Below, piece after piece: positions 14,679-28,640 of a DNA stretch of 64,000 nt. Location: the NCBI RefSeq assembly GCF_963921235.1, contig NC_086097.1, positions 204,168,001 through 204,232,000 of the forward strand. Direction: 5' to 3'. This stretch comes from Mobula hypostoma (Eukaryota). The translations under genes were made by a program, and so were the position numbers. Position 1 is the stretch's first letter. Every line of letters begins with the position of its first letter. Under the pieces are notes generated by a model that saw only the letters and a list, made by a program, of their open reading frames with translations, did not search any database and had not been told where the DNA came from.

Positions 14679-15128
<450 letters not shown>

Positions 15129-15289
15129 CTATTATGCAACTATAGAAGTTTAATCGTTACAAAATAATATCTCTACAGCTCATTTTGCATCTTAGGCATA
15201 GTTAAAAATGACTCATGATGTGACATTTTCTATTCTGTTCCAGGTTTAATCTATTTAATTGAAATCAGTAAAAAGTCATTTTGAAAATG

Positions 15290-15465
15290 GACGTATGCAT
15301 TTTTGAGTTAGATATGGCCCTTGTGGCTACAGGGATCAGGGGGTATGGAGGGAAGGCTGGTGCAGGGTTCTGAGTTGGATGATCAGCCATGATCATAATA
15401 AATGGCGGTGCAGGCTTGAAGGGCCGAATGGCCTACTCCTGCACCTATTTTCTATGTTTCTATGC
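15290..15465 (+). mobile_element. CR1 3' end
   Basis: gatcagccatgatc...gggccgaatggcctactcctgcacctattttctatgtttctatg. Confidence 0.8.
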
Positions 15466-16214
15466 TTGCTTCTTAAGAATGCTCACTTCAGTATTTGCAA
15501 GAAAATACTGTAAATGCTGGAAATCTGAAATAAAACAGAAGCACTGGAAATATTCAGCGGACTAGGCAGTATCGATGTGCAGGGAAACATAAGCATTTGC
15601 AACATTTTCTGCTTTACTGCTGTTGTTCAAATGGAAACACTTACTCAAGTGACAAAATAAAAACATTGGCAATAAAAGCAGTATTGGCATGGTGCCTCAT
15701 CCCTGCTCTGTCATTTTGCAAGATTATATTCTATCTACCTCAGCTTTTCTTTTCTGCCCATTCTCTACATTTCTTAGTATCCAAAACTATACTGTTATTT
15801 ATCTTTTATGTGAATAAACATCCTAACCATCTGAATGAAAAAAACACTGTTTATCTCAGCCTTAAGTCCCACTTATCCTGTGACAATAACGGCTAACTTT
15901 AGGCTCTCTAGACATGAGCAAAGACCTCTCAGTACAGAGATCATAATTGTTGCTGGTGGAAAGGGAAAACTTACTGTAGTCTCTTTGCAAGGTGCAGCCA
16001 TTTAGTTAAGAGTTATGGAAAATTGCTGGTAGTTTGTTACTGACCTGGTTGTAAATTGAGATCATATGGAGCCAAAAAATGGAAAACATTTTGTTTTCCA
16101 AAACTGGAATTTCCTCATTTCAAGAGGCATATAAATACAAGTTGGAGAATGATAAATGAAGCAGAAATGAGAGCCTGGTGTAAAAATTAACACTCTCTGC
16201 TGACGTATTTATCG

Positions 16215-18560
16215 TCTTAGAATCGTAGAACACTACAGTACAGAACAGGCCCTTTAGCTCGTTTAGTGTGTGCTGAATTATTAATTCGCCTAGTCCTATC
16301 AACCTGCACCCAAACCATAGGCATCCATACCTGTCCCACCCATATATCTATTCAAATTTCTCTTATCAAATCTGAATCCACCACTTCTGCTAGCAGCTCT
16401 CTCCACACGCTCACAAATCTCTGAGGGAAGAAGTTCCCCCTCACATTCCCCTTCAACATTTTATCTTTCATACTTAACCCATGACCTCTAGTTCTAGTCT
16501 CACCCAATCACAGTGGGAAGAAGCCTGCTTGCATTTACCCTACCTGTGCTCTTCATAATTTAATATACCTTTATTAAATCTCCTCTCGTTCTCCTACGTT
16601 CTGGGGAATAAACCTACTTAACCATTTCCTATAACTTAGATCCTCAAGTCCTGGCAGCATCCTTGTAAATTCTTCTGGACTCTTTGAATCTTATTTACAT
16701 AGTTCCTGTAGATAGGTGACCAGAACTGTACACAATACTCCAAATTAGGCCTTATTAATGTCTTATTAAACTTCAACATAACATCCCAACTCCTGTACTC
16801 AATACTTTGATTTCTGTTCTATAAGCTCTCTTTATGACCCACGTTTAAAGGAATTATAGACTGTATTTCCAGATGCCTTGTTCTATTTCAATCCTCAGTG
16901 CCCTGCAGCTCAACGTGTAAGTCTCACCCTGGTTTGTCTTCCCAAAGTGTAACACCTCACACTTGTCTGTACTAAATTCCATCTGCCGTTTTTTAGCCCA
17001 TTTTTTCAGTTGGTCCAGATCCCACTGCAAGCTTTGCTAGTCTTACGCGTTGTTCACTATATCCCCAATCTTGGTGTCCTCTGGAAATTTGATGATCTAG
17101 GTTACTATATTATAAGAGCATAAGAAATAGGAGCAGGAGTAGGCCATCTGCCCTGTTGAACCTGCTCCGCCATACATTAAGATCGTGGCTGATCTGGCCA
17201 TGAACTCATCTCCACCTACTTGGCTTTTCCCCATAACCCTTAATTCCCCTACTGTGCAAAAGTCTATTCACCTTGTCTTAAATATATTTACTGAGGTAGC
17301 CTCCACTGCTTCACTGGGCAGAGAATTCCACAGATTCACCGCTCTCTGGGAAAAGCATTCCTCCTCATCTCCATCCTAAGTCTACTCCCCTGAATCTTGA
17401 GGCAATGTCCCTGAGTTCTAGTTTCACCTACCAGTGGAAACAACTTTCTTGCCACTATCTTATCTATCCCTTTCATAACTTTATATGTTTCTATAAGATC
17501 TCTTATTCTTCTGAATTCCAGCGAGTACAGTCCCAGGTGACTCAATCTCTCCTCATAGTCTAACCCCCTCAACTCTGGAATCAACCTGGTGAACCTCCTC
17601 CGCACCACCTCCAAAGCCAGTATATCCTTCCTCAAGGGAAGAGACCAGAACTGCATGCATTACTCCAGTTGCAGCCTATACAGTAGTACCCTATACAGTT
17701 GCAGCATAACCTCTCTGCTCTTAATTTCAAACTATCTAGCAATGAAGGCCAACACCCTATTTGCCTTCTTGATAGCCTGCTGCACTTGCAAACCAACCTT
17801 TTGTGATTCATCCAAATTAATGATATACATGAGGAACAACAATGGACTAGCATCGATCCTTGTGGCACACCACCAATCACAGGCTTCCAGCCAGAGGGGC
17901 AACTATGTATTACCACTCTATGGATTCCCCCATGAAGCAATTGTCTAATCTAATTTACTACCTCATATTGAATGCTAAGCAACTGAATCTCCTTGACAAA
18001 TCGCCCACATAGGACCCTCTCAAAGGCCTTGCTAAAGTCCATGTAGACACCATCCACTGCCTTGCTTTCATTAATCTCCCTGGTAACTTCTTCAAAAATC
18101 TTTATGAAATTGGTTAGACATGACCTACCATGTACAAAGCCATGTTGACTATCCCTAATCAGACCCTGTCTACCCACATACTCATATATCCTGTCCCTTA
18201 GAATATCTTCCAATAGCTTTACCCACTACGGATGCCAGGCTCACCGGCCTGTTGTTTCCCAGCTTAATTTAGTAGCTGTCTTAAACAATGGAAAACATTA
18301 GCTATCATCCAGTCCTCTGCCGCCTCACAAGAAGCTAAGTTTTAAATGTCTCTGCTAGAACCCCTGCAAATTTCTGCACCAGCCTCCCACAAAGTCCAAG
18401 GATACTGATACTACACCTTGTCAGGTGCTGGGGATTTATCCACCCTAATTTGCTTCAGGACAGCATACACCTACTTCTCTGTAATCTGTATTTAGTCCAT
18501 AACCTCACTGCGGTTTTGTCTGACTTCTACAGATGCTGTGTCCATCTCCCGAGTAAACAA
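16215..18560 (-). mobile_element. CR1 RT fragment with a second CR1 subfamily (~17115-17805) nested inside
   Basis: ORFs 17336-17656 and 17950-18213 ([23 protein letters not shown]). A new 3' tail starts at ~17115 in mid-RT, and the host resumes at ~17806. Confidence 0.8.
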
Positions 18561-18698
18561 AATGTAGCATTTTGAGTAATCCTGCTCAAGTTTAGTTTTG
18601 AGCATAAGTTATGCCTTAAATGTTAGCAATGTTTAAGTGAGTTTAAAAATATGTCCATTTGTTCATATTTGTTTTACATAAATATATTCTTTGGTGAC

Positions 18699-18879
18699 CT
18701 TTAACAATTTAGCAAGCCCAAAGTCTGAAATTTTATAAATGATGTTTTCGTCCTCAAGAATGTGTCTTACTGCTATATCCAGATGGACATAACAGTTGGA
18801 CTCAAAGCATGACTTTGCAGCAGCAATCTGAATGGCCACGTCTCTATTAATTGTATGGTTGTAAAACAATCTTCACTTT
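18699..18879 (-). pseudogene. Kinase exon 6 (catalytic loop and DFG), +2 frameshift
   Basis: ttccag|KSEDCFTTIQLI [extra GA near 18843] DVAIQIAAAKSCFESNCYVHLDIAVRHILEDENIIYKISDFGLAKLLK|gtcacc. Confidence 0.9.
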
Positions 18880-19007
18880 CTGGAAAGGGATACATTTAGT
18901 CATCAATCAGCCCATACATAGTATTTGAATATACGCTCAGAACGTAAGGGTGGGAGGTCAGGGTGATCTAAAAATTAGTTTCGAGTTAAGATAGTCCAGG
19001 TACTCAC

Positions 19008-19166
19008 TCCTTAAATAATTCAGGAGATCTCCCTGTTTCATCATTTCAGTGATAATGAACAAAGGTTGTGTTCTGGTGCATAACACATACAGTGTGATCA
19101 GATTCTGTTGCTTGAATCTCTTCATATCTTGTGCCTCTTTCAAAAAATTGCTGGAATCTGTATTAT
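19008..19166 (-). pseudogene. Kinase exon 5 (alphaC to hinge)
   Basis: taatag|(D)NTDSSNFLKEAQDMKRFKQQNLITLYVLCTRTQPLFIITEMMKQGDLLNYLR|gtgagt; 159 nt, open, phase 1-1. Confidence 0.92.
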
Positions 19167-19204
19167 CTATTAATACACAATTATGTTTGATTCAGCAGAG
19201 ACTC

Positions 19205-19778
19205 TTCCAAACATGGATTGCATACAGTTCTGGTCACCCCACTTTAGGAAGTATGCTGAGACTTTGCAGAGGGTGTGGAAGTGGTTTACAAGAAGGCTGC
19301 CTGGTTTGGAGCACGTGTTCTATCACGAGAGGCTGGATAAACTTGGGTTGTTTCCCCTGGAGTGTTGGAGGCTGTGTGGAGTTCTGACAGAGGTTCACAA
19401 GATCATGAGAGGTAGAGATAGAGTGGACAGACAGTATCTGTCTCCCAGGGTTGAAATGTCTAATGCTAGAGTTCAGGCATTCAAGGTGAGAGGGGGTAGA
19501 TTCAAAGAGGATGTGAGGGGTAAGTACTTAACTCAGAGAGCTGTGGATGCCTGAAATGCACTGCCTGGTATGATGGTAGAAGCAAATGCATCAGAGACTT
19601 CTAAGAAACATTTGGATAGGCACATGGATGTAAGGAAGATGGAGGGATATAGACATGGTGTAGTTAGGAGGGATTAGTGTTTGGGTGTTTTTGATTTGCT
19701 TTTTAGCTGGTTCAGCACAACATTGTGGGCTGAATGGCCTGCTCTTGTGCTGTACTGTTCCATATTCTATGTTCTATG
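19205..19778 (+). mobile_element. CR1 3' fragment
   Basis: CIQFWSPHFRK...LDKLGLFPLE; (ttctatg) tail. Confidence 0.85.
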
Positions 19779-19997
19779 GATGAGACTGTGCAGCTCAGGA
19801 CGTTGATTTACCTACAGGATGAAGCATATCCACACACAAACAAAAACCAGTTAGCAATTAGGAGAAAATGTGCATGCAGCTATAGTGGGTGATCTCAATA
19901 TGCAGGTGTAATACATTCCTATTGAGAAGGTCAATAGTGTCAGCTCTCCCACATAGAACAAGATCATTAGAACATTAAGTTAATCTCCACTATATAT

Positions 19998-20300
19998 GGG
20001 GAGCCATAACAGCATAGCAGTTAGTGTAATGTTATTAAGCTTGGGGTGTTAGAGTTCAGAGTTCAGAGTTCAATTCCAGTGTCCTCTATAAGAAAGTTTG
20101 CACGTTCTTCCCATGTGCCTGTGTGCTTCGTCCGGGTGCTCCGATTTCCCTGCAAAGTCCAAAGACGTACTGGTTAGATGATTAATTGGTTACTGTAAAT
20201 TGTCTTGTGATTAGGATAGAGTAAAATTGGTGGGTTGCTGGGTGGTGTGTCCCAGTGGGCCAGAAGGGTTTGTTCAATGCTGTAACTCTAAATAGAAATT
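19998..20300 (+). mobile_element. V-SINE (HE1-like tRNA-derived SINE)
   Basis: Degenerate tRNA-like head (gagttcaattcc B-box-like) and V-domain-like core ccgggtgctccgatttccctgcaaagtccaaagacgt. Confidence 0.7.
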
Positions 20301-20426
20301 AAAATATTCAATGCTGTACAAGCGGGAGTTAAATTCTAAAGCACAGAGAAAGAACTCAAGAAGGAAATGAAATCACTTGTAATATGTATCTTTGGCATAT
20401 AATTATTTTCAAAACAAACTCATGGG

Positions 20427-20679
20427 TGTTGCAGACAATGGGGTATAATCGGCAGTGAGAACACATCTGTACATGGTGGGTGCTGTTTTGTCTATGCAAT
20501 TACATATCAATTAAATAAAAGTATGCATGTGGGAGATGGCTTTACCTGGTGTAAGAGAGAGTGAGCTCGAGAACAATACACATGTATAGAAAACAGATCA
20601 ATGCACATGTGTAGAAAACAGTCCATACGTAGAGCTAAGGGGAGACATTGGTCTAAAAGAAATAGATTCATACATAACA
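20427..20679 (-). mobile_element. Solo LTR related to the Gypsy LTR at 8.9-10.3 kb
   Basis: TGT...ACA ends; shares aaataaaagtatgca, acagatcaatg, cagtccata and ctaaaagaaa blocks with that LTR. No TSD is visible. Confidence 0.7.
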
Positions 20680-21499
20680 AGTTCCAAGCCCCAGGCTTGG
20701 GGTTGGGACCCTGCTGCTGTTTTTGATTTATGTCAACAAAGTAGAGTCAGAAACTCAATTTGATTTGAAAATGGCAACAAGCTGCAAAGAGGCAGTGAAA
20801 TTGAAAGATCCAGCTTAATACAAACTCAAATGGTATTCATTTGCTTCCTTAGGCAGTCTCTTGCAATAGAGGATGACTTCTTTTCACTCCATTTCTGTGA
20901 GCTCTGAGGTGAAGAGTAAGACCAATGCGTAGACTCTTCCACAATTGCTGGCTCCCAAAGTGGAAATGATCAATGTTTTTCCAGGATTTTGTTGTGAATC
21001 TTTATTGTCAGAATGTGCCATTGTACACTGGGAAGGTTGGTAGAGGATCTTCATCTTGTGGATTTTGAGTGTAAGACCATCTGCAGTTTTTTTCAGGCGA
21101 TGATTACATTAGTTCTGACTTTGTGGATTGGCAATTACAAATGCAATTGTTGTTTGCACACTGCAGCTTGACTGCCAGGATTGGGGTGTTCTTAACTCTG
21201 CAGTACAGTCATCAGAGTTGAACAATTTCCTTTTCGTTCTTAGAATTAGTAATGCTCCAATTACATATTTTTCAGACTTAATGGAGTTGGGAAGGGATGC
21301 TGGGAGAGAATTCTGGTGACGAATTTCTCTCTTGACTTCCACAGTTAGATTTCTTTTCTTTCATGAAAAATATCATAATTATGGATATCGGCAATCACCT
21401 GTTATAACATCCTTTTCCTAAAAGTGGATGAAGAGATTGTGGATTTATGACTGAAGCTCTTTACTGCCAATTTTTAGAACTTCGGAAAGGTACGGTAGC

Positions 21500-23210
21500 A
21501 AATCTTGTCTATATGGACTTTAGTAAGGCAGTTTACAAGATCTCTTTTGATAGGTTGATCTAGAAGATTATGATTAATGGGATCCATGATGACTTAACAA
21601 TATGGCTAGGTTAAACTCCATCTTCCTCATATCTGTAATTGATCTATACCTTGCTGTATTCTTTGTCAGTCTTTTACACTATCCACAAACCACCAATCTT
21701 CATATCATCTGCAAACTTACTAACCCACCAATCCATTTTCATCTATGTCACTAATATACATCACATCACAAGTAACAGACGTCCCAGCACAGATTCTTGT
21801 GGAACACCAATAATGACAGACCTTCAGCTCAAATAAGTCCCTTCAACCACTACCCAATGACTTCAATGTGCAAGCCAGTTCTGAATCCAAACAGCCAATT
21901 TACCATGGATCCCATGCATCTTAATCTTCAGGATGAGCCTCCCGTGAAGGACCTTGTCAAACGCTTACCTAAAATCCATGTAGACAACGTCCACAGTTCT
22001 ACCTTCATCAATCACCCTCATCACCTTGTCAAAACATTCAATCAAGTTAGTAAGACATGACTTGACCTCACAAAGCCATGATGGCTTCCCTAATTAGGCC
22101 ATGGTTTTCCAAATGCTCATAAATCTTATCCATAATAATTTTCTCCAATAGCTTCCCTCCCACTGACGTGAGACTCACCAGCCTACAGTTGCTGGATTTA
22201 TCCTTGGTTCCCTTCTTAAATAATGGAACAACATTAGCTACTTGCCAGTCTTCCAGGACCTCATCTGTCACTAGAGAGGAGATGAAGGTATTTCCACAAC
22301 AATCTCTTCTCCTGCCTCTCTCAATATCTAGGGTATGTCCCACGCTCAACAATCCTTTACCATACAATGCTCCAGCATAGCAATACACTTGGCAATGATC
22401 TCCCTGCCCTCCACGTCCCTTTCCTTGGTAAATACCGATATAAAGTACTTCATCCACATCCTTTTCACCTAGGCAAATGTTCCTCTCTTCATCCTTGAGT
22501 GGTCCTCCCTTTTCCCTAGTTATGCTCTTGCTCTTGCTGTCTGCATATAATACCTTGGAATTCCCTTTAATCCTACTCGCCAAGAACTTTTCACGGCCCC
22601 TCCTGGCTTTCCTAATTCCCTTCTTGACTTCTTTTCTGGCTTTTTTACAATCCTCCAGGGCTCTGTTTGATTCCAGCTTCCTAAGCTTTACACTTATTTT
22701 TATCCAAGCAAGTGTGAGTTTTGCACTTTGGGAAGTCAAATGCAAGGAGAAGTTATAGAGTTGGACCTCAACAACATTGGCATGCATGAGGTTTTTGGTG
22801 TCCAAGTCCATAGCCACACAATCAGATAGGTACTAAAGAAGTATTATAGCATGCTTGCTTTCTTTGGATGGAGCACTGAGTTTAAGAGTATGTCATATTG
22901 TAGTTATATAAAACTCTGGTAAGGCTGTATTTGGAGTGTTGTATGCAGATCTGGCTCCCCCCATTACTGGAAGGATACAGAGTATTTGGAAAGAGTACAG
23001 AAGGATGCTGCCTGGATTAGAAGGTATGAACTACAAGCAGAGGTAAGACAAATTTGGAATATGTTTTCCAGATGGCTGGAAATAGCAGAAACATGATAAA
23101 AAATTATAGCATGAGAGTCACAAGTAGGTTGGATAGTCAGAATCTTTTCCCCATGGATAAAATTCCAAATTCTATAGAACATGAATTTAAGGTGAGAAGG
23201 GATGAAATAG
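21500..23210. mobile_element. Cluster of CR1 fragments in both orientations
   Basis: Minus ORF 22068-22817 ([27 protein letters not shown]); plus-strand CR1 remnants on both flanks. Confidence 0.75.
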
Positions 23211-23504
23211 GGAGTTAATTATGGCATGACTATGCATCATGACCACTCTGTCAGGAGAAGGCCTTCACTGGAGTCAGCCTTCCTTACTTCTTGCTTGTTT
23301 ATCATGTCTTAAAAGCGAGTTGTGATCTTTGATGTTGAACTCACCCATGTGGTTTTGTTTGTCCGCCTTTGAGATGTACACCTAGATGCAGAAAAAGTAC
23401 ATCATTTATAGGGTGGGGCATTTGAACACATGGCTATAGTGTGCAGTTAATGTTTTTAGTGTGAGTCAAAGGGTCATAATGTGTTTGCTAATTCCACAGA
23501 AAGT

Positions 23505-24595
23505 GATAGAAAAGTACAGCACAAAAAGAGGTCCTTCAGTCCATCTAGTTTGTGCTGAACCATTTAAACTATGTACCTATCCAAACTTCTAATAAAGGTT
23601 GAAATTGAGCTTGCATGCACCACATCAGCGCTGGCAGCTCATTCCACACTTTCACGACCCTCTGTGTGAAAAGGTTTCCCCTCATGTTCCCCTTAAACTT
23701 TTCACCTTTCACTTTTAATCCATGACCTCTGGTTGTAGTCCCACCCAACAGTGGTAAAATCCTGCTTGAATTTACTCTATCTATACCCCTCATAATTTTG
23801 TATACCTCTATCAGTCTTCTACTTCCAAGGAATAATGACCTAATCTATTCAATCGTTCCTTACTACTCAGGTCCTCTAGTCCCAGCACCATCATTTTAAA
23901 TTTTCTCCATACTCTTTCAACCTTATTTACATCTTTCTGCAGATAGGTGACCAAAACTGCTCACAATACTCCAGATTAGGCCTCACCAACATCTTATGCA
24001 CCTTCAACATAACATTCTTTCTCCTGTACTCAATGCTTTGATTTATGAAGACCAATGTGCCTAAAGCTTTCTTTATGACCCTATCTACCTGTGACACCAC
24101 TTTCAACAAATTATGGACCTGACTTCCCAGATCCCTTTGTTCTACCGTACCCCTCAGCGTCCTACCGTTCACTGTGCAAGACCTACCCTGACTGGTCCTA
24201 CCAAAGTGCAACATCTCACACTTGTCTGCATTAAATTTCATCTGCCATTTTTCAGCCTGTTTCTCCAGCTGGTCCAGATCCCACTGCAAACTCCGGTAGT
24301 CTTCTTCGCTGTCTGCTACGTCCTTAATCTTGGTGTCATCCGCCAATGTGTTGATCCAGTTAACCATATTATCATCCTGATCATTAACATAGATGACAAA
24401 TAACAACAGACTCAGCACTGATGCCTACGTCTCTTCACTAGTTACAGGCCTCCAGTCAGAGAAGCAACCAACTACAATCAGTCTCTGGCTTCTCTCACAA
24501 AGCCAATGTCCAATCCAATTTGCTACCTCATCTTGACGCCGAGCAACTGAACCGTCTTGACCAACCTCCCACATAGGATGTTGCCGAAACCTTGG
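23505..24595 (-). mobile_element. CR1 RT/C-terminal fragment
   Basis: ADDTKI, WQMKFNADKC, LVRPNLEYCEQFWSP, NLFTQRVV. Confidence 0.88.
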
Positions 24596-26294
24596 ATTAG
24601 CTCACTCTTGATGACATATCTCACTCCTCACTCACTCTGTGAAGATAACTTTTCTGTTCCACTTTGTGTCCCTGTAAGATGGAGTACGTGTCTTCTAAAC
24701 TGGCCACGATACCTCATTCAGTGTGCTGATGTTAATGTCAAAACTCCTGACTCTAATGTTACAATAGAAGAGTGATATTCATGGACTGCCATGACTGTCC
24801 ATGATGATCTTGCCATTCCATGTCTTAAGTTTAATATTTTGGAATGGATGTTGCCTTGCGTGGTTCATTTGAACATTGGGTAGGTCAGAACAAAGTTCCA
24901 TGGCAAGTGACCACAGCAAATGGAGATCAGGATCTGCTGCTTGGAATCAATTGAAGAGTATTATACACATGAAGGAAAAGGGAGAATATCTCATGCCTCA
25001 CTAGCTCAGAAATATTGAAGGATGAGGATGAACTTGGTAGAGTTCAAGTACCAGGATTCTCAATATTTCAAGAATTTTTTTTTATGCTAATGTATCACGA
25101 TTAACTACTCGGCCTGAAGTCTTTAGCTCTTGTTGGGATTTGGCAAACCATTTGTGAATGGAGTGGGCATGGAGGAGATATGGCAGATGTGAAGTAATTT
25201 TGTAGAGTGTCAATATTTGCTCATTGAAAACAGTCAGCTACAAGTTGTGTCTTCTACTTCACCAAATCCATGTCCTTTCCTTCCTGTGAATCACATGTTG
25301 TGGAAATAGAGGTAATTTTTCCATTTAGGTATACATTTTACAAGAGCTATCTAGAAGTAATAGGAAAAGTTGCAATAGAACATCTAAAGTAATAAGTTTA
25401 TCAGAAAAGACATAAAATATAAATTGCATAACATAAAACATAAATTGCTGCAAATGAGATCCAAGCCTGAAGAATATATTAATAATGACTTTACCATCAC
25501 CTGTGTAATAAAACTTTTAAGTAGATTTTATCATGCTTTGGAAGATGGGTGGGGAAGGTTTCCAAATTCATTTTAAACACAATTGAGAGAGAGCAAGATG
25601 AACACTTCAATGAAGCAATTGCTATCTCCTTCCACAAATCTTTCTAGGTTTTCTATTAATTCCACACTTTGAGGATAAATAGAAAGGATCTAATGAAACA
25701 TTTCTCCTGTCCAACATTTCCAAAGTTTATATCACTCCAATTCTGGAATTGTGTGTCTAAGGAGGAACCATTAGATTTCTCTCAGCATCAAACTGAGATT
25801 GAGGGGGCTGGGAAAGAGAGCAAGTATAGCTTTTCTTTGTACTTCTGATATCTGGAGAATTATCTTCAATTTTTCCTCAAACATACTTTTGCTCTTGATT
25901 TTAGAAAAGGCATCATCAGTTTACTGTAATGGAATTGACCAATCTCCTTTCTTGTTCAGTCATTAGTTGGTAATTTTCCAGTTCACTTCTGTATGGCCTC
26001 TGTGCACCCATCCACGTTCACGCTTGCAGCTATGAGTAATCATTGCAGGTATAAATCCTGTTCCTAATGTACTGTGCTACTGCTGCAAAAAGACATTTTC
26101 ATGCCATTTATACCTTGTGAATGTATGGCTATAACAATAAACTTGAACTTGAACCTGAATTATGATCGTGACATAACCTTGTAAATTTGTATTTTGGTGC
26201 AGAAAGCCAATCTGTAAAGATGTGCATGCTCTTTACCACACCGAATTAAAAAAAAACATGAATTAAATTACAATCAAAAGCAAACAATGATAAC

Positions 26295-27299
26295 CTGCTT
26301 TTAACATTTTAATGGCAACAGTTGTCATCTTCAGAAGTTTTCGGATGACTCTGCCATAGTTGGATGCATCAGCAAGGGAGATGAGACTGAGTACAGGTAG
26401 GAAACTTTGTCACATGGCGTGAGCAGAATTATCTGCAGCATAATGTGAAAAAGATGAAGGAGCTGGTGGTAGACCTGAGGAGAGCTAAGGTACCAAGGTA
26501 CCGGTGACCCCTGTTTCCATCCAGGGGGTCAGTGTGGACATGGTGGAGGATTACAAATACCTGGGGATATGAATTGAGAATAAACTGGACTGGTCTAAGA
26601 ACACTGAGGCTGCCTACAAGAAGGGTCAGAGCCGTCTCTATTTCCTGAGGAGACTGAGGTCCTTTAACATCTGCCGGACGATGCTGAGGATGTTCTACGA
26701 GTCTGTGGTGGCCAGTGCTATCATGTTTGCTGTTGTGTGCTGGGGCAGCAGGCTGAGGGTAGCAGACACCAACAGAATCAACAAACTAATTTCTAAGGCC
26801 AGTGATGTTGTGGGGATGTAACTGGACTCTCTGACGGAGGTGTCTAAAAGGAGGATTCTGTCCAAGTTGCATGCCATCTTGGACAATGTCTCCCATCCAA
26901 CTATATAATGTACTGGGTGGGCACAGGAGTACATTCAGCCAGAGACTCATTCCACCGAGATGCAACACAGAGCGTCATAGGAAGTCACTCCTGCCTGTGG
27001 CCATCAAACTTTACAACTCCTCCCTTGGAGGGTCAGACACCCTGAGCCAATAGGCTGGTCTAATTTACATATTACTATTTAACTATTTATGGTTTTATTA
27101 CCATTTATTATTTATGGTGCAACTGTAACGAAAACCAATTTCCCCTGGGATCAATAAAGTATGACTATGACTATGACTATGACTAGATCACTTTCTATGC
27201 CTCTCCATATCTGATGTGCTTCACTAAAATGAATTCTTCCTTTGGTCTTTCCTATTTGTCCACAGTGTTATATGACAAGTGATGAAGAATGGGCTTTTT
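26295..27299 (-). pseudogene. Kinase exon 4 (linker and N-lobe start), split by a Rex1/Babar-like LINE
   Basis: aacag|KKPILHHLSYNTVDK*ERPKEEFILVKHIRYGEA*KVI* [insertion ~26323-27184] KMTTVAIKMLKA G|gttatc. Stops at 27252, 27195 and 27183. Confidence 0.88.
26323..27184 (+). mobile_element. 5'-truncated Rex1/Babar-like LINE inside kinase exon 4
   Basis: CHLQKFSDDSAIVG RT motif, YKYLG, KKGQSRLYFLRRLRSF; AATAAA followed by a (TATGAC)n tail. Confidence 0.88.
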
Positions 27300-28081
27300 C
27301 TGTTGTTAAAAAAGAACAACAGATTTAGGCAGACTAACTGCCAGCATGCACTAGATTTACAACAATGTGCATTTTGTACTCAGCATCATGCCAGTCATAT
27401 TCACCCATTCACAGATTAAAATCCCTATTAACCTCAGGCAAACATTTCCTGAAAAGGTCAAGAAAATTCTTCACCCTGTCCCCTCCCATGGAGTTCTACA
27501 AATTGCTTTGAGGAGATGGTTAGAAAAATATCAGGTGAAGCACTGAGAGAAAAAAAAAACTGACAGGAGGATGAAATACATCCACAAACTCTGCCAAGCC
27601 TTTTGTGAGGGATGAGCTGTGTTTAAGTGCTGAGAGAGGCGAGTAGTATTTAATCCTCTGGATACTGTATATAGAAAAAAAACTAAGTCTTCACTAAGAA
27701 TAAAATTTGAATGGCAATTAAAATTAGCAAGCTATTGAAGTGTGATACATTTGTAATTATCTCATACTTGGCTCTCTCATAGTAATTGCTTACATTTATT
27801 TGTTAATAATCTCCTGGTTTCATCATTAAGCACATGTCATTGACAAATTACCTCTCTGCACCCTTTCAGTCAAGTTGTGAAAGGTTCATTGTAAGCAGTG
27901 AGCAACAAGTCCAGGTGTGTTGTGCCTTATTGAAGTCCACACAAATTTCACCTTTTGGTGGATTTACTGGACTAGCATGCACAAGACAGGGCCACTGATG
28001 CAGAGGCACAAGTTCAAGTCCTGCTGTGGTATTCAATTGAAATAATTAAATCAATTTGGATTAAAAGTCTGAATAATTTTT

Positions 28082-28640
28082 TTAGATTATGAGGACACTC
28101 AGTCCTCATTTATTGTCATTTAGAAATGCATGCATTAAAAAATGATACAACGTTCCTCCAGAATTGTATCATAAGAAAACACAGGACAAACCAAGACTAA
28201 AACTGACAAAACCACATAATTATAACATATAGTTACAACAGTGCAAAGCAATACCATAATGCATAAAGAACAGACCATGGGCAAGGTAAAAAAAAAGTCT
28301 CAAAATCCCGATAGGCTCATCATCTCACGCAGGCGGCAGAAGGGAGGAACTCTCCATGCCATGAACCTCCAAGCGCCGCCAACTTGCCGATGCAGCACCA
28401 TTGGAAACACCTGACGGCAGCAGACTCAGTCCGTTCGAAAACTTCGAGCCTCCGACCAGCCCCTCTGACACAGCCTCTCCGAGCGCCATCCTCTGCCAAG
28501 CGCTTCGACCGTGCCCCGGCCGCCGAGCAACAAGCAAAGCCGAGGACTCGAGGCCTTCTCCTCCGGCGATTCTGGACCACACAAGTAGCAGCAGCAGCGA
28601 AGCAGGCATTTCAGAAGTTTCACTAGATGTTCCTCTGTGG
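28082..28640 (-). mobile_element. Unclassified retroposon-like repeat (GC-rich body, LINE-like 3' tail)
   Basis: Abrupt CpG-rich block at 28320-28620; the minus strand ends in gacaataaatgaggactgagtg, like LINE tails in this window. Confidence 0.45.

Noticed and set aside
19998..20090. tRNA gene
   Set aside because: It is a degenerate SINE head with no cloverleaf.
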